DNA from: Spirochaetota bacterium
Lineage (GTDB): Bacteria; Spirochaetota; UBA4802; JAGODF01
Direction: 5' to 3'
Assembly (NCBI GenBank): GCA_026419015.1
Contig: JAOAAF010000003.1
Span: 1 to 60,043, forward strand
Length of the DNA stretch: 60,043 nucleotides
The translations under genes and the position numbers were made by a program. The number at the start of each line of letters is the position of its first letter. Position 1 is the first letter of the stretch. The notes beneath the pieces were generated by a model that was not told the origin of the DNA, did not search any database, and saw only the letters and a program-made list of their open reading frames with translations. Of this stretch, positions 28,983 to 39,509 are shown piece after piece.

Positions 28983-30314
28983 TCACGGACCACTAATTGT
29001 TTTCCCCGCATCGGATTCATTCACTCTCACGGTGCCAAGGTATGTGTAAGTTGTTGGCAACTCACCTCTCGGTGATGTGCCTCGATATATATTGTACGTC
29101 TTTCCTACAGGAGCATTTGTTATTGAATAATTCGAATCCGATTTATATGTAACAAGTGGTGGTATTTTAAAATTTCCTACTTTTTGTTCGTACTCATCCC
29201 ATTTATCATCGTAAATTCCCGCCTCCAAACATCCTGTAATAAATGAGTTTAATTCAAATCGATATTTTTCAAATTGTATATAATAATCAAGCAATGCATA
29301 AGGATCACCCATATTTAGTACAATGGGCGGTTTGGGTTGATAACATGCACCAGTTGCATCGGGACGTTGTGGTGGGGTAAGGATATAATTTGCGATATTA
29401 TCGATCCCATCTTCAATGGCAACAATATAATCGCCAACATTCCCACCCGAACCGCTAATTGTCGCAGTCATCCCTACAACATAACTTCGTGCGACTGCGA
29501 TAAGATTCCCCCCCATCACAATGTCATCTGCGCGCACATCGCGCAACCAATCTGATAGAGCCCAAAAATGCAAAACCTTGTATATTCCTGACGACGTATC
29601 ATCAAATTCATAAAATTTCATAAAATTTTTGATCACAAACCGTATTTCCAAAACAGTCTCAGGATAATCCCGGTTAAACACAAAACCACCAGGGGGGAAA
29701 TAAACGCGTAATGGAAATATTCGAAGCACATCTTTATAGTTTGTGCGAAGATAATCCCAATAGGTAAGATATTGCATCTGATTAAAATCAACACCAGTCA
29801 CTTTTTTCTCACGAAATATTGTTTGCGGATCATCCTGTTGTTCCCACGAAAGCGTTGAATAATTGAATGCCCATTGGGTTGCCATGTCAAAAATCATTTT
29901 GCGAATATATACCAACACAGAAGTGTATTGATAATGCGAATATGGGTCATCGCATGGAAATTCAACTCCTGTTCCATCAAAAAACGCTTCAGAATCGAGC
30001 AAGGGGATTGCATATGTTTCTCGGTAAAACGCAAATTTATCTGCATCGCCACTTCCCTCAAGCCTCATCTCGGCAATATCGAGCATAAATTGCGTGGGAA
30101 ATTCGATGGAATCAGTGGTTAGATCATCAATGGAATCATCGCGCAACGACGATGAGTTTGACAAGTCCCATGGCCGAGGATTATTGGATTCAAATGTGCC
30201 TTTAATTATCACTCGCAAACGGCTGTTTGCCATTTCCGTGAAAACGGGATAATCGCTGCACGCTACAAAAATAACAAAATTGCATAAAAGTAATAAACTC
30301 AATATTTTTTCCAT
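28983..30314 (-). CDS. Surface lipoprotein (resembles a Leptospira LIC11270-type protein, from memory)
   Basis: FVAC lipobox; VIIKGTFESNNP; lies in a truA-DUF2225 neighbourhood. Confidence 0.75.
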   Translation of the reverse strand: MEKILSLLLLCNFVIFVACSDYPVFTEMANSRLRVIIKGTFESNNPRPWDLSNSSSLRDDSIDDLTTDSIEFPTQFMLDIAEMRLEGSGDADKFAFYRETYAIPLLDSEAFFDGTGVEFPCDDPYSHYQYTSVLVYIRKMIFDMATQWAFNYSTLSWEQQDDPQTIFREKKVTGVDFNQMQYLTYWDYLRTNYKDVLRIFPLRVYFPPGGFVFNRDYPETVLEIRFVIKNFMKFYEFDDTSSGIYKVLHFWALSDWLRDVRADDIVMGGNLIAVARSYVVGMTATISGSGGNVGDYIVAIEDGIDNIANYILTPPQRPDATGACYQPKPPIVLNMGDPYALLDYYIQFEKYRFELNSFITGCLEAGIYDDKWDEYEQKVGNFKIPPLVTYKSDSNYSITNAPVGKTYNIYRGTSPRGELPTTYTYLGTVRVNESDAGKTISGP

Positions 30315-30320
30315 CGCAAT

Positions 30321-30884
30321 CTATTCTCCAATATTAAAAAAGACAGTTATTCCTGCATTCACAATATGCCCATTTCTCGAGGCGCGTTCGATATACTGTT
30401 CATATATCAACAAATAATCGATACGCAGACCTATATTAAACACGCGTCCCGCTGGAAATGAGGTTTCAAAGCCACACATAAAAAGAGGTTCCCATGCCGT
30501 TACATCATCGGGGCGAAAATACAATCGAGCACCACCTCCCCCTATCTTCAGCTGAAATGCAAGTGGCATGTTTATTGGTAATCGATAAATAAAGCTGCCG
30601 TAGATGGGAATCAACGTAAGTTCATTTACGCTTTGCGAGCGAAAAAACTGATATGAAGAATCCAATCCAAATTTTATCCCGCGTATGAAAGAATTTGTCC
30701 GCATAAAAAGCCCACCGCCTAAATACGTATCTAAATTTTCATCTGTGGTATAAACTGGAGTAACCGTTCCAAACCACAAACCGAACTGCGGCTTTTCAAA
30801 CGGATCGCTTCTCCTTGTACGCGCAACTGCTGTGCTCGTTATCGCAAATACCAAAAAAACAATACCGAGTATACTTCTTCGCAT
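30321..30884 (-). CDS. Small outer-membrane beta-barrel protein
   Basis: Signal peptide, about 8 amphipathic strands, NAGITVFFNI near the C-terminus. Confidence 0.75.
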   Translation of the reverse strand: MRRSILGIVFLVFAITSTAVARTRRSDPFEKPQFGLWFGTVTPVYTTDENLDTYLGGGLFMRTNSFIRGIKFGLDSSYQFFRSQSVNELTLIPIYGSFIYRLPINMPLAFQLKIGGGGARLYFRPDDVTAWEPLFMCGFETSFPAGRVFNIGLRIDYLLIYEQYIERASRNGHIVNAGITVFFNIGE

Positions 30885-30922
30885 AATGCTTCCATAGAAA
30901 AAATTTTATTGTATAAGAAGCA

Positions 30923-30952
30923 AATTTAAATTTTTCTCGATTTTCATGTCAA
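30923..30952 (-). promoter_or_regulatory. Putative sigma-70 promoter for the barrel-lipoprotein pair
   Basis: TTGACA-N18-TAAATT. Confidence 0.5.
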
Positions 30953-30979
30953 TAAAATAAGCATTTTTTATATAGCGGG

Positions 30980-31783
30980 TTAAAATGCTTTTTCCATACT
31001 CTCTAAAGGGGGATCAAAAAATATTCTGTTCAAATAAAGCCCTTTTGCAACAATGGTTGGTCCTGAATACGTTCTATTGCGCCGATTAAGTATTTCAAGA
31101 ATCTCTTCTGGTTTTGCATTTGTGCGATGCATGTGCAACATTGTGCCCACAATAATTCGCACCATGTTATGAAGAAACGCATTCCCTTTTATTCGAAACC
31201 GCACAATCTCATTATCGCGCCTAACTTCAATCTCGCTTATTTTTCTTATAGTGTTTTTCGTTGAAGTTGAACGTTTGCAAAAAGATGCAAAATCCTTTTC
31301 GCCTACTAAATACTGTGCAACAGTATTGAGATATTCTGCATCCAACGGAGTCGAAATCCACATTGCTCTGTTTACCATGAACGGAGATCGCTGTGGGTTA
31401 TTATAAACCAAATACAAATATTCGCGTTCAATTGCACTAAATCGCGCATGAAAGGTAAAAGGTACATTAAATGCATTTAATACTGAAATATCCTCTGCAA
31501 GAATCCCGTTTAATCCAATGCATAGTCTTTGAAGTGAGATTTCCGATGTAGTAACAAAATGAACAACTTGGCCTAACGCATGAACACCCGAGTCTGTTCT
31601 TCCCGATGCAATAACGGAAACATTTTCTCGTAAAAGTATACGAAGCGCTTTTTCCAATTCGCTCTGAACTGTCCGTCCCTCTTTCTGCTTTTGCCACCCG
31701 ATAAAATTTGTGCCATCATATTGCAAAAGCAATGCTATTTTTCGAGCATTTCTGCTTGTTGCGATTGATTGCCTCCTGTCCAT
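30980..31783 (-). CDS. truA: tRNA pseudouridine(38-40) synthase
   Basis: YDGTNFIGWQKQ, GRTDSGVHA, FHARFSA, FLHNMVR. Confidence 0.97.
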   Translation of the reverse strand: MDRRQSIATSRNARKIALLLQYDGTNFIGWQKQKEGRTVQSELEKALRILLRENVSVIASGRTDSGVHALGQVVHFVTTSEISLQRLCIGLNGILAEDISVLNAFNVPFTFHARFSAIEREYLYLVYNNPQRSPFMVNRAMWISTPLDAEYLNTVAQYLVGEKDFASFCKRSTSTKNTIRKISEIEVRRDNEIVRFRIKGNAFLHNMVRIIVGTMLHMHRTNAKPEEILEILNRRNRTYSGPTIVAKGLYLNRIFFDPPLESMEKAF

Positions 31784-32640
31784 TCCCCAAGCATCTGATT
31801 CATTTTATCATAAAGATCCCTCGTCATATCAAGCAATGCACTTGGCTTTGTTTTAGAAGATTTTCCACTTCCGAATAGCCTGCTTAAAAAACGCTTTGTT
31901 TTCTCAAAATTTTCAATACGCTTCGCTAAATTTGGTTCTCGCGCTCCCACCTTCATGGTCAGAATCGCAACCATGTACAATATTCCTTCATAACCCCAGT
32001 TTTTATCAATATCGGGACCTAAATGCCCTGCCGCTTCGACAGGCTCTTTGCCCGTTTGAACTAACTCAAGTACTTCTTGATAGTACTCATACGCCTTTTG
32101 ATAGAAGAAATCTGAAATTTTATCATAGGGCTTATTGGGGTATTGTTTTGCTAAATCGCTAAAAAGCCATGCAGCGCGAATCGAGCACACAGCTTTTTTA
32201 AACGTTGGTGCAAGATTTTTTCGACGAAAAGAATAGCAGTCGACCGCCAAAAGATATGAGGCAGCCCCAAGCGTAAGATCTCTATCTTTTCTGAAATCGA
32301 GATCCCCAAAAAATTTTTTTATCGACGCAATGCGAGCTTGTGTTGTTCTTTGAATTTTTTCAATTTCTTCAGGCGTAATGTCCAGGAAATCCTTTGGATA
32401 TGCTGCATACAAACAGTGGGGACATACTTGCAAAAAATACGCAAGAGGATAGATTACCCCCCACTTTTCATTTTTTTCATAAAGTCGCCGAAGTTCATCC
32501 GTAAGTTTCCCTGCAATTAACCGCCCACTTCCTGTAAGCATTTCTTCTTTATAATGCTCAAAACCACAAGCGGGGCATTTTGTTGGATTTTTTTGGCGAT
32601 ACGATATTTTCCGCTGCGAAGTTTCTTTCGAGGTATCCAT
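31735..32640 (-). CDS. DUF2225 family protein
   Basis: CPAC...GRLIAGKLTDELRRLY...VCPHCLYA...RAAW. Confidence 0.82.
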   Translation of the reverse strand: MDTSKETSQRKISYRQKNPTKCPACGFEHYKEEMLTGSGRLIAGKLTDELRRLYEKNEKWGVIYPLAYFLQVCPHCLYAAYPKDFLDITPEEIEKIQRTTQARIASIKKFFGDLDFRKDRDLTLGAASYLLAVDCYSFRRKNLAPTFKKAVCSIRAAWLFSDLAKQYPNKPYDKISDFFYQKAYEYYQEVLELVQTGKEPVEAAGHLGPDIDKNWGYEGILYMVAILTMKVGAREPNLAKRIENFEKTKRFLSRLFGSGKSSKTKPSALLDMTRDLYDKMNQMLGEWTGGNQSQQAEMLEK

Positions 32641-32717
32641 AAAAAAACATCACCCTCACATAAATATTTTACCTTGCAGTAACATTGCAAGCAGTTTATG
32701 ATGAACCGTTATTAGAC

Positions 32718-32746
32718 ATAATACAATATATTTCACAATTCTTCAA
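32718..32746 (-). promoter_or_regulatory. Putative sigma-70 promoter of DUF2225-truA
   Basis: TTGAAG-N17-TATTAT. Confidence 0.45.
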
Positions 32747-32825
32747 TAAAGATTTATAGAAAAACTTGAAAAAAACAAAATATCCATATAATTGTGAACT
32801 TTTTGGAAATCCCAACTACGAATAC

Positions 32826-32853
32826 TAAAGATGGTTGTTAAAAATGCCGATAC
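32826..32853 (+). promoter_or_regulatory. Sigma-28 (FliA/SigD) promoter
   Basis: TAAAG-N15-GCCGATAC, a near-consensus match, about 22-30 nt before the start codon. Confidence 0.72.
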
Positions 32854-32875
32854 TAATTAAAAATTCTTTCATAGA

Positions 32876-33793
32876 GTGAAAGTCATGAAGAAATTGCTGA
32901 TAATCGTAATATTATCTATCTGTGCTCTACTTATTCGCACTCACGGAGCATTTGCATTATCCACTGCTGCCAAATCGCTCGAAGAATATACCTATTTGAT
33001 GAATTGCTTACGGGATGTTCGCGTGATGATAGAAAATTTTGCATCAGAAGAACAGAAAAAAAAATATGAAGAAATTGCAAGCGATTTTAAGGATGCCTCA
33101 GTCTCATTCTATGGCCACAATTTTACTTTTTTTGATAAAGATGCAAAGAAGCATCGGCGCAAATTTTATCTCGTAAAACTCAAATTATCGGAGTTACTGG
33201 ATGGTTTGGCTCAATCCTACATTTCGCGTTCAAAAGAAATTTTACATGGGGTATCAAAGGATTCATTTAATATTCTCATAAAATTCGACAAAGGTGGATA
33301 TCGAAAATATTTCACCAAACCGCACGATCCTGTTTCGCTCGTCCAAGGTGAAAAGATTTACAAATCAGAAGAATATCATTTGTATTACGACAAAAGCACC
33401 ATCGAACGATATCTCAATAAAGGATATAAAACTTTGCAAGATGCACAAAATATCTACAATCATCCCGATATGGAAGTCGTAAAAGCAAAAAAAGAAAAAA
33501 ATGATTACGATTTACATTACATGGTGGAAAGCTTTCTTGCAGTCATAAAAAACTGCCGCGAAGCAAAACAATATGGCATTGAAATTTACAAAATTATACG
33601 AAAAAATAACATCTATGCAATTCAGAAAAAATATGAAAATTATAATATACCAATTACCAGTCCAGAACCTATTTTCGATGTGCGTATTCCAGAAAACTAT
33701 AAAATCGATGCAAACGATAATCTACAACTCATCCATTCAATTGAGCTAAAAAAACTTCCGCCCGATTTTCCAAAATCAATAAGTGTGGAATAA
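32876..33793 (+). CDS. Secreted alpha-helical hypothetical protein
   Basis: Signal peptide ending AFA; 305 aa; ATG at 32885 is an alternative start. Confidence 0.8.
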   Translation: MKVMKKLLIIVILSICALLIRTHGAFALSTAAKSLEEYTYLMNCLRDVRVMIENFASEEQKKKYEEIASDFKDASVSFYGHNFTFFDKDAKKHRRKFYLVKLKLSELLDGLAQSYISRSKEILHGVSKDSFNILIKFDKGGYRKYFTKPHDPVSLVQGEKIYKSEEYHLYYDKSTIERYLNKGYKTLQDAQNIYNHPDMEVVKAKKEKNDYDLHYMVESFLAVIKNCREAKQYGIEIYKIIRKNNIYAIQKKYENYNIPITSPEPIFDVRIPENYKIDANDNLQLIHSIELKKLPPDFPKSISVE

Positions 33794-33797
33794 ACGG

Positions 33798-34238
33798 TTA
33801 TCCCTTTTCCCCCTTACTTTGTTTTTCTTTTTTCTTTGGCACAGGAGGTTGGCGATCCACAAGTTCAATAAGTGCCATTTCTGCAGCATCGCCTTCGCGT
33901 CGTTTCGAGAGTAAATAGACCCTTGTGTAACCGCCATTTCTTTCCTTATAGCGGGGTGCAATATCATCAAAAAGCTTTTTTACCACATCTCGATTATGAA
34001 TATACCTCATCACCTGTCGTTTATTGTGAAGCTTCTTGGCAACATCGTTTTCAGATAAAAACAGATTTCTTTTTGCACGCGTTATTAACCGTTCGGAAAA
34101 CCTCTTTAACTCTTTTGCCTTTTGTTTGGTGGTAATTATCCTTTCATGCTCAAAAAGAGCAGTGGCAAGATTCGAAAAAAGCGCTCGTCTATGTTCCCTT
34201 GTTCTGCCAAGTTGCTTTACGCTATTTTTATGCCTCAT
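33798..34238 (-). CDS. rplQ: 50S ribosomal protein L17
   Basis: MRHK...LGRT.EHR, RNGGYTR. Confidence 0.98.
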   Translation of the reverse strand: MRHKNSVKQLGRTREHRRALFSNLATALFEHERIITTKQKAKELKRFSERLITRAKRNLFLSENDVAKKLHNKRQVMRYIHNRDVVKKLFDDIAPRYKERNGGYTRVYLLSKRREGDAAEMALIELVDRQPPVPKKKEKQSKGEKG

Positions 34239-34284
34239 ACCCAATTCCTCATCGAAAACAAAATTAATATAAATCGATAGCGGA

Positions 34285-35250
34285 CTATCCTTTTAAGCCC
34301 AAGCTAAGATGGAGCTCTTCAAGTTTTCCCTTTATTTCCTTTGCGACCATTTCACTAAAATGCTTTGATTTCTTCAATTCCTCTTCTGTCTTCTGGACCA
34401 GTTCGCTAAGATACGAAATATCAAGGCTTTTCAGCGTATTGTACGAACGAACGGAAAGTTCCAATTCATCAATGGATTTTGCAAGGAGCAATTTTAACTT
34501 TTCTGCGTTTTCATCAACTGTTTCCTCTTCTTCTTCCATGCGCTCCTCAAAATTGATAAAAATAGTCATGTGTTCTTTAATAATTTTCGCAGCCTGTGCT
34601 AACGCATCTTCGGGAGCAATCGTTCCATCAGTCCAAATTTCAATAATAAGCTTGTCATAATCAGTGCGTTGTCCAACGCGCGTATCTTCAACGCGAATAT
34701 TAACCTTTTGCACTGGTGAAAAAATCGCATCGATTGGAATAACACCTACCACCTCTGTGTTGTCCTTATTCAATTCAGCAGGTACATATCCGCGACCCCG
34801 CTGAATCTCCACCTCCATATCGATTTTACCTGACTCATTGAGCGTTGCAATCTTTAAATCTGGATTTGCGATTTCAATATCGGGATCAATATTGAAATCA
34901 GCTCCCGTTAACTCGCCAGGCCCTTTTTTTACTATGTGGAGTACTTTCTGAATTTCACCATGATATTTTATCCGAAGCTTTTTTAAGTTTAGTATTATCT
35001 TCGTAACATCTTCGTATACGCCATCAATCGTACAAAATTCATGTGGGACACCTTCGATTTTAATTGCAGTAATTGCAGCACCTTCAATGGATGAAAGCAG
35101 CACTCGCCGCAAAGAATTTCCAATTGTAAGGCCATATCCCTTTTCGAACGGCTCAGCAATAAATCTTCCATAAAATTTATTCACTTCATCGTGTTCAAAA
35201 ACTATTTTCGTTGGTCGTTTAAAACCTTTCAAAAGGTTTCTGGGCACCAT
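34285..35250 (-). CDS. rpoA: RNA polymerase alpha subunit
   Basis: EPFEKGYGLTIGNSLRRVLLSSIEG, LELSVRSYN; GGAGG before the ATG at 35250. Confidence 0.98.
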   Translation of the reverse strand: MVPRNLLKGFKRPTKIVFEHDEVNKFYGRFIAEPFEKGYGLTIGNSLRRVLLSSIEGAAITAIKIEGVPHEFCTIDGVYEDVTKIILNLKKLRIKYHGEIQKVLHIVKKGPGELTGADFNIDPDIEIANPDLKIATLNESGKIDMEVEIQRGRGYVPAELNKDNTEVVGVIPIDAIFSPVQKVNIRVEDTRVGQRTDYDKLIIEIWTDGTIAPEDALAQAAKIIKEHMTIFINFEERMEEEEETVDENAEKLKLLLAKSIDELELSVRSYNTLKSLDISYLSELVQKTEEELKKSKHFSEMVAKEIKGKLEELHLSLGLKG

Positions 35251-35349
35251 TATTGCCTCCATAATTTTTGCTAACTATATTTCATTTTCAAAAAAAGAAA
35301 AACCACCACTTTTCAGTATTCTCGTTGATACTTTAAATTCGGCAGCGGG

Positions 35350-35979
35350 TTATTTCGAATAGAGCTCTACAACCAACTGCTCGTTAAACGTTGATGGCAC
35401 ATCGCTACGCTCAGGAAGCCGAATGATTTTACCTTTCTTGTTTTCAAAATCGATCTCAATCCATGGTGGCACAGAACTAACTGCTTTAGACAGTTTAATT
35501 GCACCTTCCAAAATCGGGTTGTTTTTAAACTTATCTCGTATTTCTACTACATCGTTCACTGATATTCGATACGATGGAATATCGACAATTTTACCATTTA
35601 CAAGCACATGGCGATGTTGAACGAATTGACGTGCCTGCATCCGAGAAGAGGCAAAACCCATTCGATATACTACATTATCAAGACGACGTTCCAATAAGCT
35701 AATCATCTGTGCACCCGTAATGCCTTTCGCGCGCGATGCATCTTCAAAAATTCGACGAAACTGCTTTTCCAACAAACCATACATGCGCTTAATCTTTTGT
35801 TTTTCGCGCAACTGAATTCCATAATCTGACAGTTTGCTTCGCCGTTTTCTTGGAGGTCCGGGCGGATATTTTCTTTTCTTCACAGAACATTTATCGGTAA
35901 GGCACCGTTGACCTTTTAAAAATAACTGTTGCATTTCACGCCTGCACAGCTTACACGATGGCCCTGTATATTTTCCCAT
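35350..35979 (-). CDS. rpsD: 30S ribosomal protein S4 (Cys/Zn type)
   Basis: [28 protein letters not shown]. Confidence 0.99.
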   Translation of the reverse strand: MGKYTGPSCKLCRREMQQLFLKGQRCLTDKCSVKKRKYPPGPPRKRRSKLSDYGIQLREKQKIKRMYGLLEKQFRRIFEDASRAKGITGAQMISLLERRLDNVVYRMGFASSRMQARQFVQHRHVLVNGKIVDIPSYRISVNDVVEIRDKFKNNPILEGAIKLSKAVSSVPPWIEIDFENKKGKIIRLPERSDVPSTFNEQLVVELYSK

Positions 35980-35994
35980 ATATACCTCGCTCTG

Positions 35995-36381
35995 TTATAC
36001 CCTTCTTCGTTTTGGCGGCCTACACCCATTATGCGGGATAGGCGTTACATCTTTAATCTTCGTAATCGTTAACCCTGCCTGCGCCAATGATCGAATTGCA
36101 GCTTCCCTACCAATACCAGGTCCTTTGACATGAACTTCTACGCTTTGTAAGCCTGCCTGGTCGATTGCTTTCTGGGCTGCTGCTTTCGCCGCCATCTGAG
36201 CAGCGAAAGGAGTCGATTTTCGCGAACCGCGAAAGCCTTCAGCGCCCGCAGATGCCCATGCAATAACGTTTCCTTGCATATCAGTCAGGGTAATTATGGT
36301 ATTATTATAAGTTGCTTGAATATAGGCCCTTCCCGTCGGAATGACCTTTTTTTCGCGTTTTTTCGTCTTTTTTTGCTTCAC
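35995..36381 (-). CDS. rpsK: 30S ribosomal protein S11
   Basis: [27 protein letters not shown]. Confidence 0.99.
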   Translation of the reverse strand: MKQKKTKKREKKVIPTGRAYIQATYNNTIITLTDMQGNVIAWASAGAEGFRGSRKSTPFAAQMAAKAAAQKAIDQAGLQSVEVHVKGPGIGREAAIRSLAQAGLTITKIKDVTPIPHNGCRPPKRRRV

Positions 36382-36478
36382 ACAATTACTCCTCTTCCTT
36401 ATTTACTCATTGATTATTTTCTTAATGATGCCCGTATATGAAATCTCAATTGCCGTTCACTTTAAAATTCATTCCCAT

Positions 36479-36859
36479 TTATTTATTCCCTTTCTTTTTC
36501 GCACCGATTTGTGCCTTTCTGTGCCCTTTTCTCGTGCGCGCATTATTTTTGGTATTTTGGCCTCTCACCGGTAATCCCCGCCGATGGCGAATTCCTCTGT
36601 AGCACCCGATATCCATAAGGCGCTTTATGTTCATCGCAACTTCCGTGCGCAAATCTCCTTCTACCTTGTAATTCTTTTCAATCACGCGGCGAATTTCGCT
36701 TATTTCATCATCGGTCAAATCTTTTACACGCTTATCGGGATTTACTTTTGTTTCTGTTAAAATTTTTTTCGATGTAGTCAAACCAATCCCATAGATATAC
36801 GTTAACGCGACCTCGATGCGTTTGTTACTCGGCAAATCTACTCCCGCTATACGAGCCAT
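36479..36859 (-). CDS. rpsM: 30S ribosomal protein S13
   Basis: [25 protein letters not shown]. Confidence 0.99.
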   Translation of the reverse strand: MARIAGVDLPSNKRIEVALTYIYGIGLTTSKKILTETKVNPDKRVKDLTDDEISEIRRVIEKNYKVEGDLRTEVAMNIKRLMDIGCYRGIRHRRGLPVRGQNTKNNARTRKGHRKAQIGAKKKGNK

Positions 36860-36880
36860 GCTCTTTCTCCTTAAAAAAAA

Positions 36881-37012
36881 TTATTTGCTCACAGTTCTTT
36901 TTTTTTGGCGCTGCTTGTGCCTTGGATTTGAACAAATAACGCGCACCACACCATGTCGTTTAATTACTTTGCAATCGCTGCAAATCCTTTTCACTGAAAC
37001 TCGTACCTTCAT
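36881..37012 (-). CDS. rpmJ: 50S ribosomal protein L36 (absent from the ORF track)
   Basis: Manual translation [43 protein letters not shown]. Confidence 0.97.
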   Translation of the reverse strand: MKVRVSVKRICSDCKVIKRHGVVRVICSNPRHKQRQKKRTVSK

Positions 37013-37108
37013 ACTTTGAATCTCCTCGCTAATTAACACACCAAATTTTCTTCACCGCATCTATCAATTAAATTTCAATCGTTTACACTGCTTTTAATAC
37101 ATAAAAAA

Positions 37109-37327
37109 TTATTTTGCACGATATATAATTCTCCCACGATTTAAATCATACGGAGATAATTCAACGGTCACTCTGTCGCCAGGCAAAATGCGTATATAAT
37201 GCATACGCATTTTCCCCGAAATATGGGCCAATACCACATGGTTGTTATCAAGTTTTACGCGAAACATCGCATTGGGCAATGTTTCGGTCACAACACCTTC
37301 AACTTCGATAGGTTCTTCTTTTGACAT
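37109..37327 (-). CDS. infA: Translation initiation factor IF-1
   Basis: [24 protein letters not shown]. Confidence 0.99.
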   Translation of the reverse strand: MSKEEPIEVEGVVTETLPNAMFRVKLDNNHVVLAHISGKMRMHYIRILPGDRVTVELSPYDLNRGRIIYRAK

Positions 37328-37373
37328 ATTCGCCTTTCTAATCCAAAATTATTAAAATATTGCACATACTTCA

Positions 37374-38144
37374 TCACTCTATTGCAGTTAATATTTTGGC
37401 TTTCCCATTCATCACTGCAACAGTATGTTCAAAATGAGCCGAAAGGCTTCCATCCGCTGTCACGGCAGTCCACCCATCTTTCAAAATGCGGACTTCAAAT
37501 GAGCCAGCATTCACCATCGGTTCTATCGCAAAAACCATCCCCTCTGCAATCCGTGGTCCCATTCCCGGTTCACCAAAATTTGGTATGGATGGTTCCTCAT
37601 GCAATGATAACCCAATTCCATGACCTACAAATTCTCGCACTGCCGAAAATCCATACATGGCAGCATGAACTTCAATTGCATGTGAAATATCCGAAATCCT
37701 GTTTCCAATAACTACTTGTTCAATACCTTTCATTAAAGCTTCTTCTGTTGCTCGCAGAAGAGTTTCCGCTTGGCGGCTCACATTTCCCACTTTATACGTT
37801 CTGGCAACATCGCCGTAATACCCATCGCAATAAACGCCAACATCTATTCCTACGATATCCCCTCGACGAAGTTTTACCTTTTTCGAAGGGATCCCGTGTA
37901 CCACAACATCATTAATAGAAGTACACAGCGTTGCTGGATATCCCCGATATCCGAGAAACGCTGCTTTTGCATTTTGGGCAGCTATAAACTCACTCGCAAT
38001 TTTGTCAAGCTCGAAGGTACTTATGCCTTCGCAGATATACGGTTCGAGTACCTTCAACACACCTACTGCGATTTGACATGCACGAAAAATTTTCTCTATC
38101 TGCTCCTCTCGATAAATATAAATGCCCAAATCCACATAATCCAA
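37374..38144 (-). CDS. map: Methionine aminopeptidase type I
   Basis: VVHGIP, GHGIG..LHEEP, AIEPM, SAHFEHT. Confidence 0.98.
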   Translation of the reverse strand: MDYVDLGIYIYREEQIEKIFRACQIAVGVLKVLEPYICEGISTFELDKIASEFIAAQNAKAAFLGYRGYPATLCTSINDVVVHGIPSKKVKLRRGDIVGIDVGVYCDGYYGDVARTYKVGNVSRQAETLLRATEEALMKGIEQVVIGNRISDISHAIEVHAAMYGFSAVREFVGHGIGLSLHEEPSIPNFGEPGMGPRIAEGMVFAIEPMVNAGSFEVRILKDGWTAVTADGSLSAHFEHTVAVMNGKAKILTAIE

Positions 38145-38148
38145 TCAT

Positions 38149-39498
38149 TTAACGGCGCCCTTTAATGCGGCCCTTTTTAAAAAATCCATCATAATGGCGC
38201 ATAAGCAGTTGCGACTCAATTTGCTTCAATGTATCGAGCGCAACACCAACGATTATTAAAAGCGATGTTCCTCCAAAAAGATATGCCATCTCATGAGATA
38301 CGGACGGCCACATATTTATTATCAAATCTGGTACTATTGCAATCCCCGCAAGAAAAATTGAACCCGGTAATGTAATTCTGTTCAATATCCGCATGATATA
38401 ATCAGACGTATTTTTTCCTGGCCTTATTCCTGGTATAAATCCCCCATATTTTTTCAAATTCTCCGCAATATCAACGGGATTAAATTGTATCGCAGTATAA
38501 AAATAACAAAAGAAAATAATCAATGCACTATACAATATAATATAAACCACGTGCCCCGGCTGAAGCCACGTTTGCAAATATACAAAAAACTGGTATCCCC
38601 TTCCTTCAGCCCCACCAAATATATTTGAAATAATGCTCCCAATTTGCGTTGGAAATAAAATTACTGACGAAGCAAAAATGATTGGTATAACCCCCGCCGC
38701 ATTCACGCGGAGTGGAAGCGCTTGCGATGTCATCTGGACCATGCGCCTCCCTACAATCCTTTTCCCATATTGAACGGGAATTTTTCTTACTCCCAACGTG
38801 AGCACAATGGACGCTGCAACTACCAAAATAAACAAGAAAATTAAAATAATAAAAAGAATAGGCTCCTCGACTCCCACAACCGTTTGATAAATCGCTGCGG
38901 GAACGCGAACTACAATTCCTGCAAAAATAATTAGCGAAATTCCATTCCCAATTCCCTTTTCGGTTATCTGATCTCCCAGCCACATGAGAACCATTGTCCC
39001 AGTCGTTATCGACACAACAGCCATAATTGTAAACCATACCGTTCTATCGCTTGGTACCACATTCGGCATGCTTTTCATCCAAAAGGTAAGCCCAAACGAT
39101 TGTGCGGCACACAATACTACTGTTGCATATCGCGTATATTGGTTTATTTTCTTTGTGCCTTCTGGACCTTCCTTCGAAAGCCTCTCTAAAGAAGGGATTA
39201 CTACTGTTAAAAGCTGCATAATAATCGAAGCTGAAATATACGGCATAATACCCAAAGCAAAAATTGTGAATCGCTTCAACGCACCGCCGGCAAAAAGATC
39301 AAAAAAATCGACAAAACCTCTTCCCGCTCCCGCGCTTGCCTGTGCAGCGCGATTAAAATATTCAATTAATGCTTCACCGTTAATTCCCGGTACTGGAATG
39401 TGAGCACCAACGCGATATATTACAAGGATAAACATCGTAAATAATATGCGCTTTCTAAGCTCCGGTATTTTAAATATGTTTATAATAATATTGGCCAT
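38149..39498 (-). CDS. secY: Preprotein translocase SecY
   Basis: ALGIMPYISASII, GIGNGISLIIF, FIPGIRPG, GGTSLLI. Confidence 0.99.
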   Translation of the reverse strand: MANIIINIFKIPELRKRILFTMFILVIYRVGAHIPVPGINGEALIEYFNRAAQASAGAGRGFVDFFDLFAGGALKRFTIFALGIMPYISASIIMQLLTVVIPSLERLSKEGPEGTKKINQYTRYATVVLCAAQSFGLTFWMKSMPNVVPSDRTVWFTIMAVVSITTGTMVLMWLGDQITEKGIGNGISLIIFAGIVVRVPAAIYQTVVGVEEPILFIILIFLFILVVAASIVLTLGVRKIPVQYGKRIVGRRMVQMTSQALPLRVNAAGVIPIIFASSVILFPTQIGSIISNIFGGAEGRGYQFFVYLQTWLQPGHVVYIILYSALIIFFCYFYTAIQFNPVDIAENLKKYGGFIPGIRPGKNTSDYIMRILNRITLPGSIFLAGIAIVPDLIINMWPSVSHEMAYLFGGTSLLIIVGVALDTLKQIESQLLMRHYDGFFKKGRIKGRR

Positions 39499-39509
39499 TT
39501 GCTCACCAA

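Noticed and set aside
32876-33793. Identity with Leptospira FcpA (similar size and MKVMK start)
   Set aside because: The mature sequence does not resemble FcpA as I recall it.
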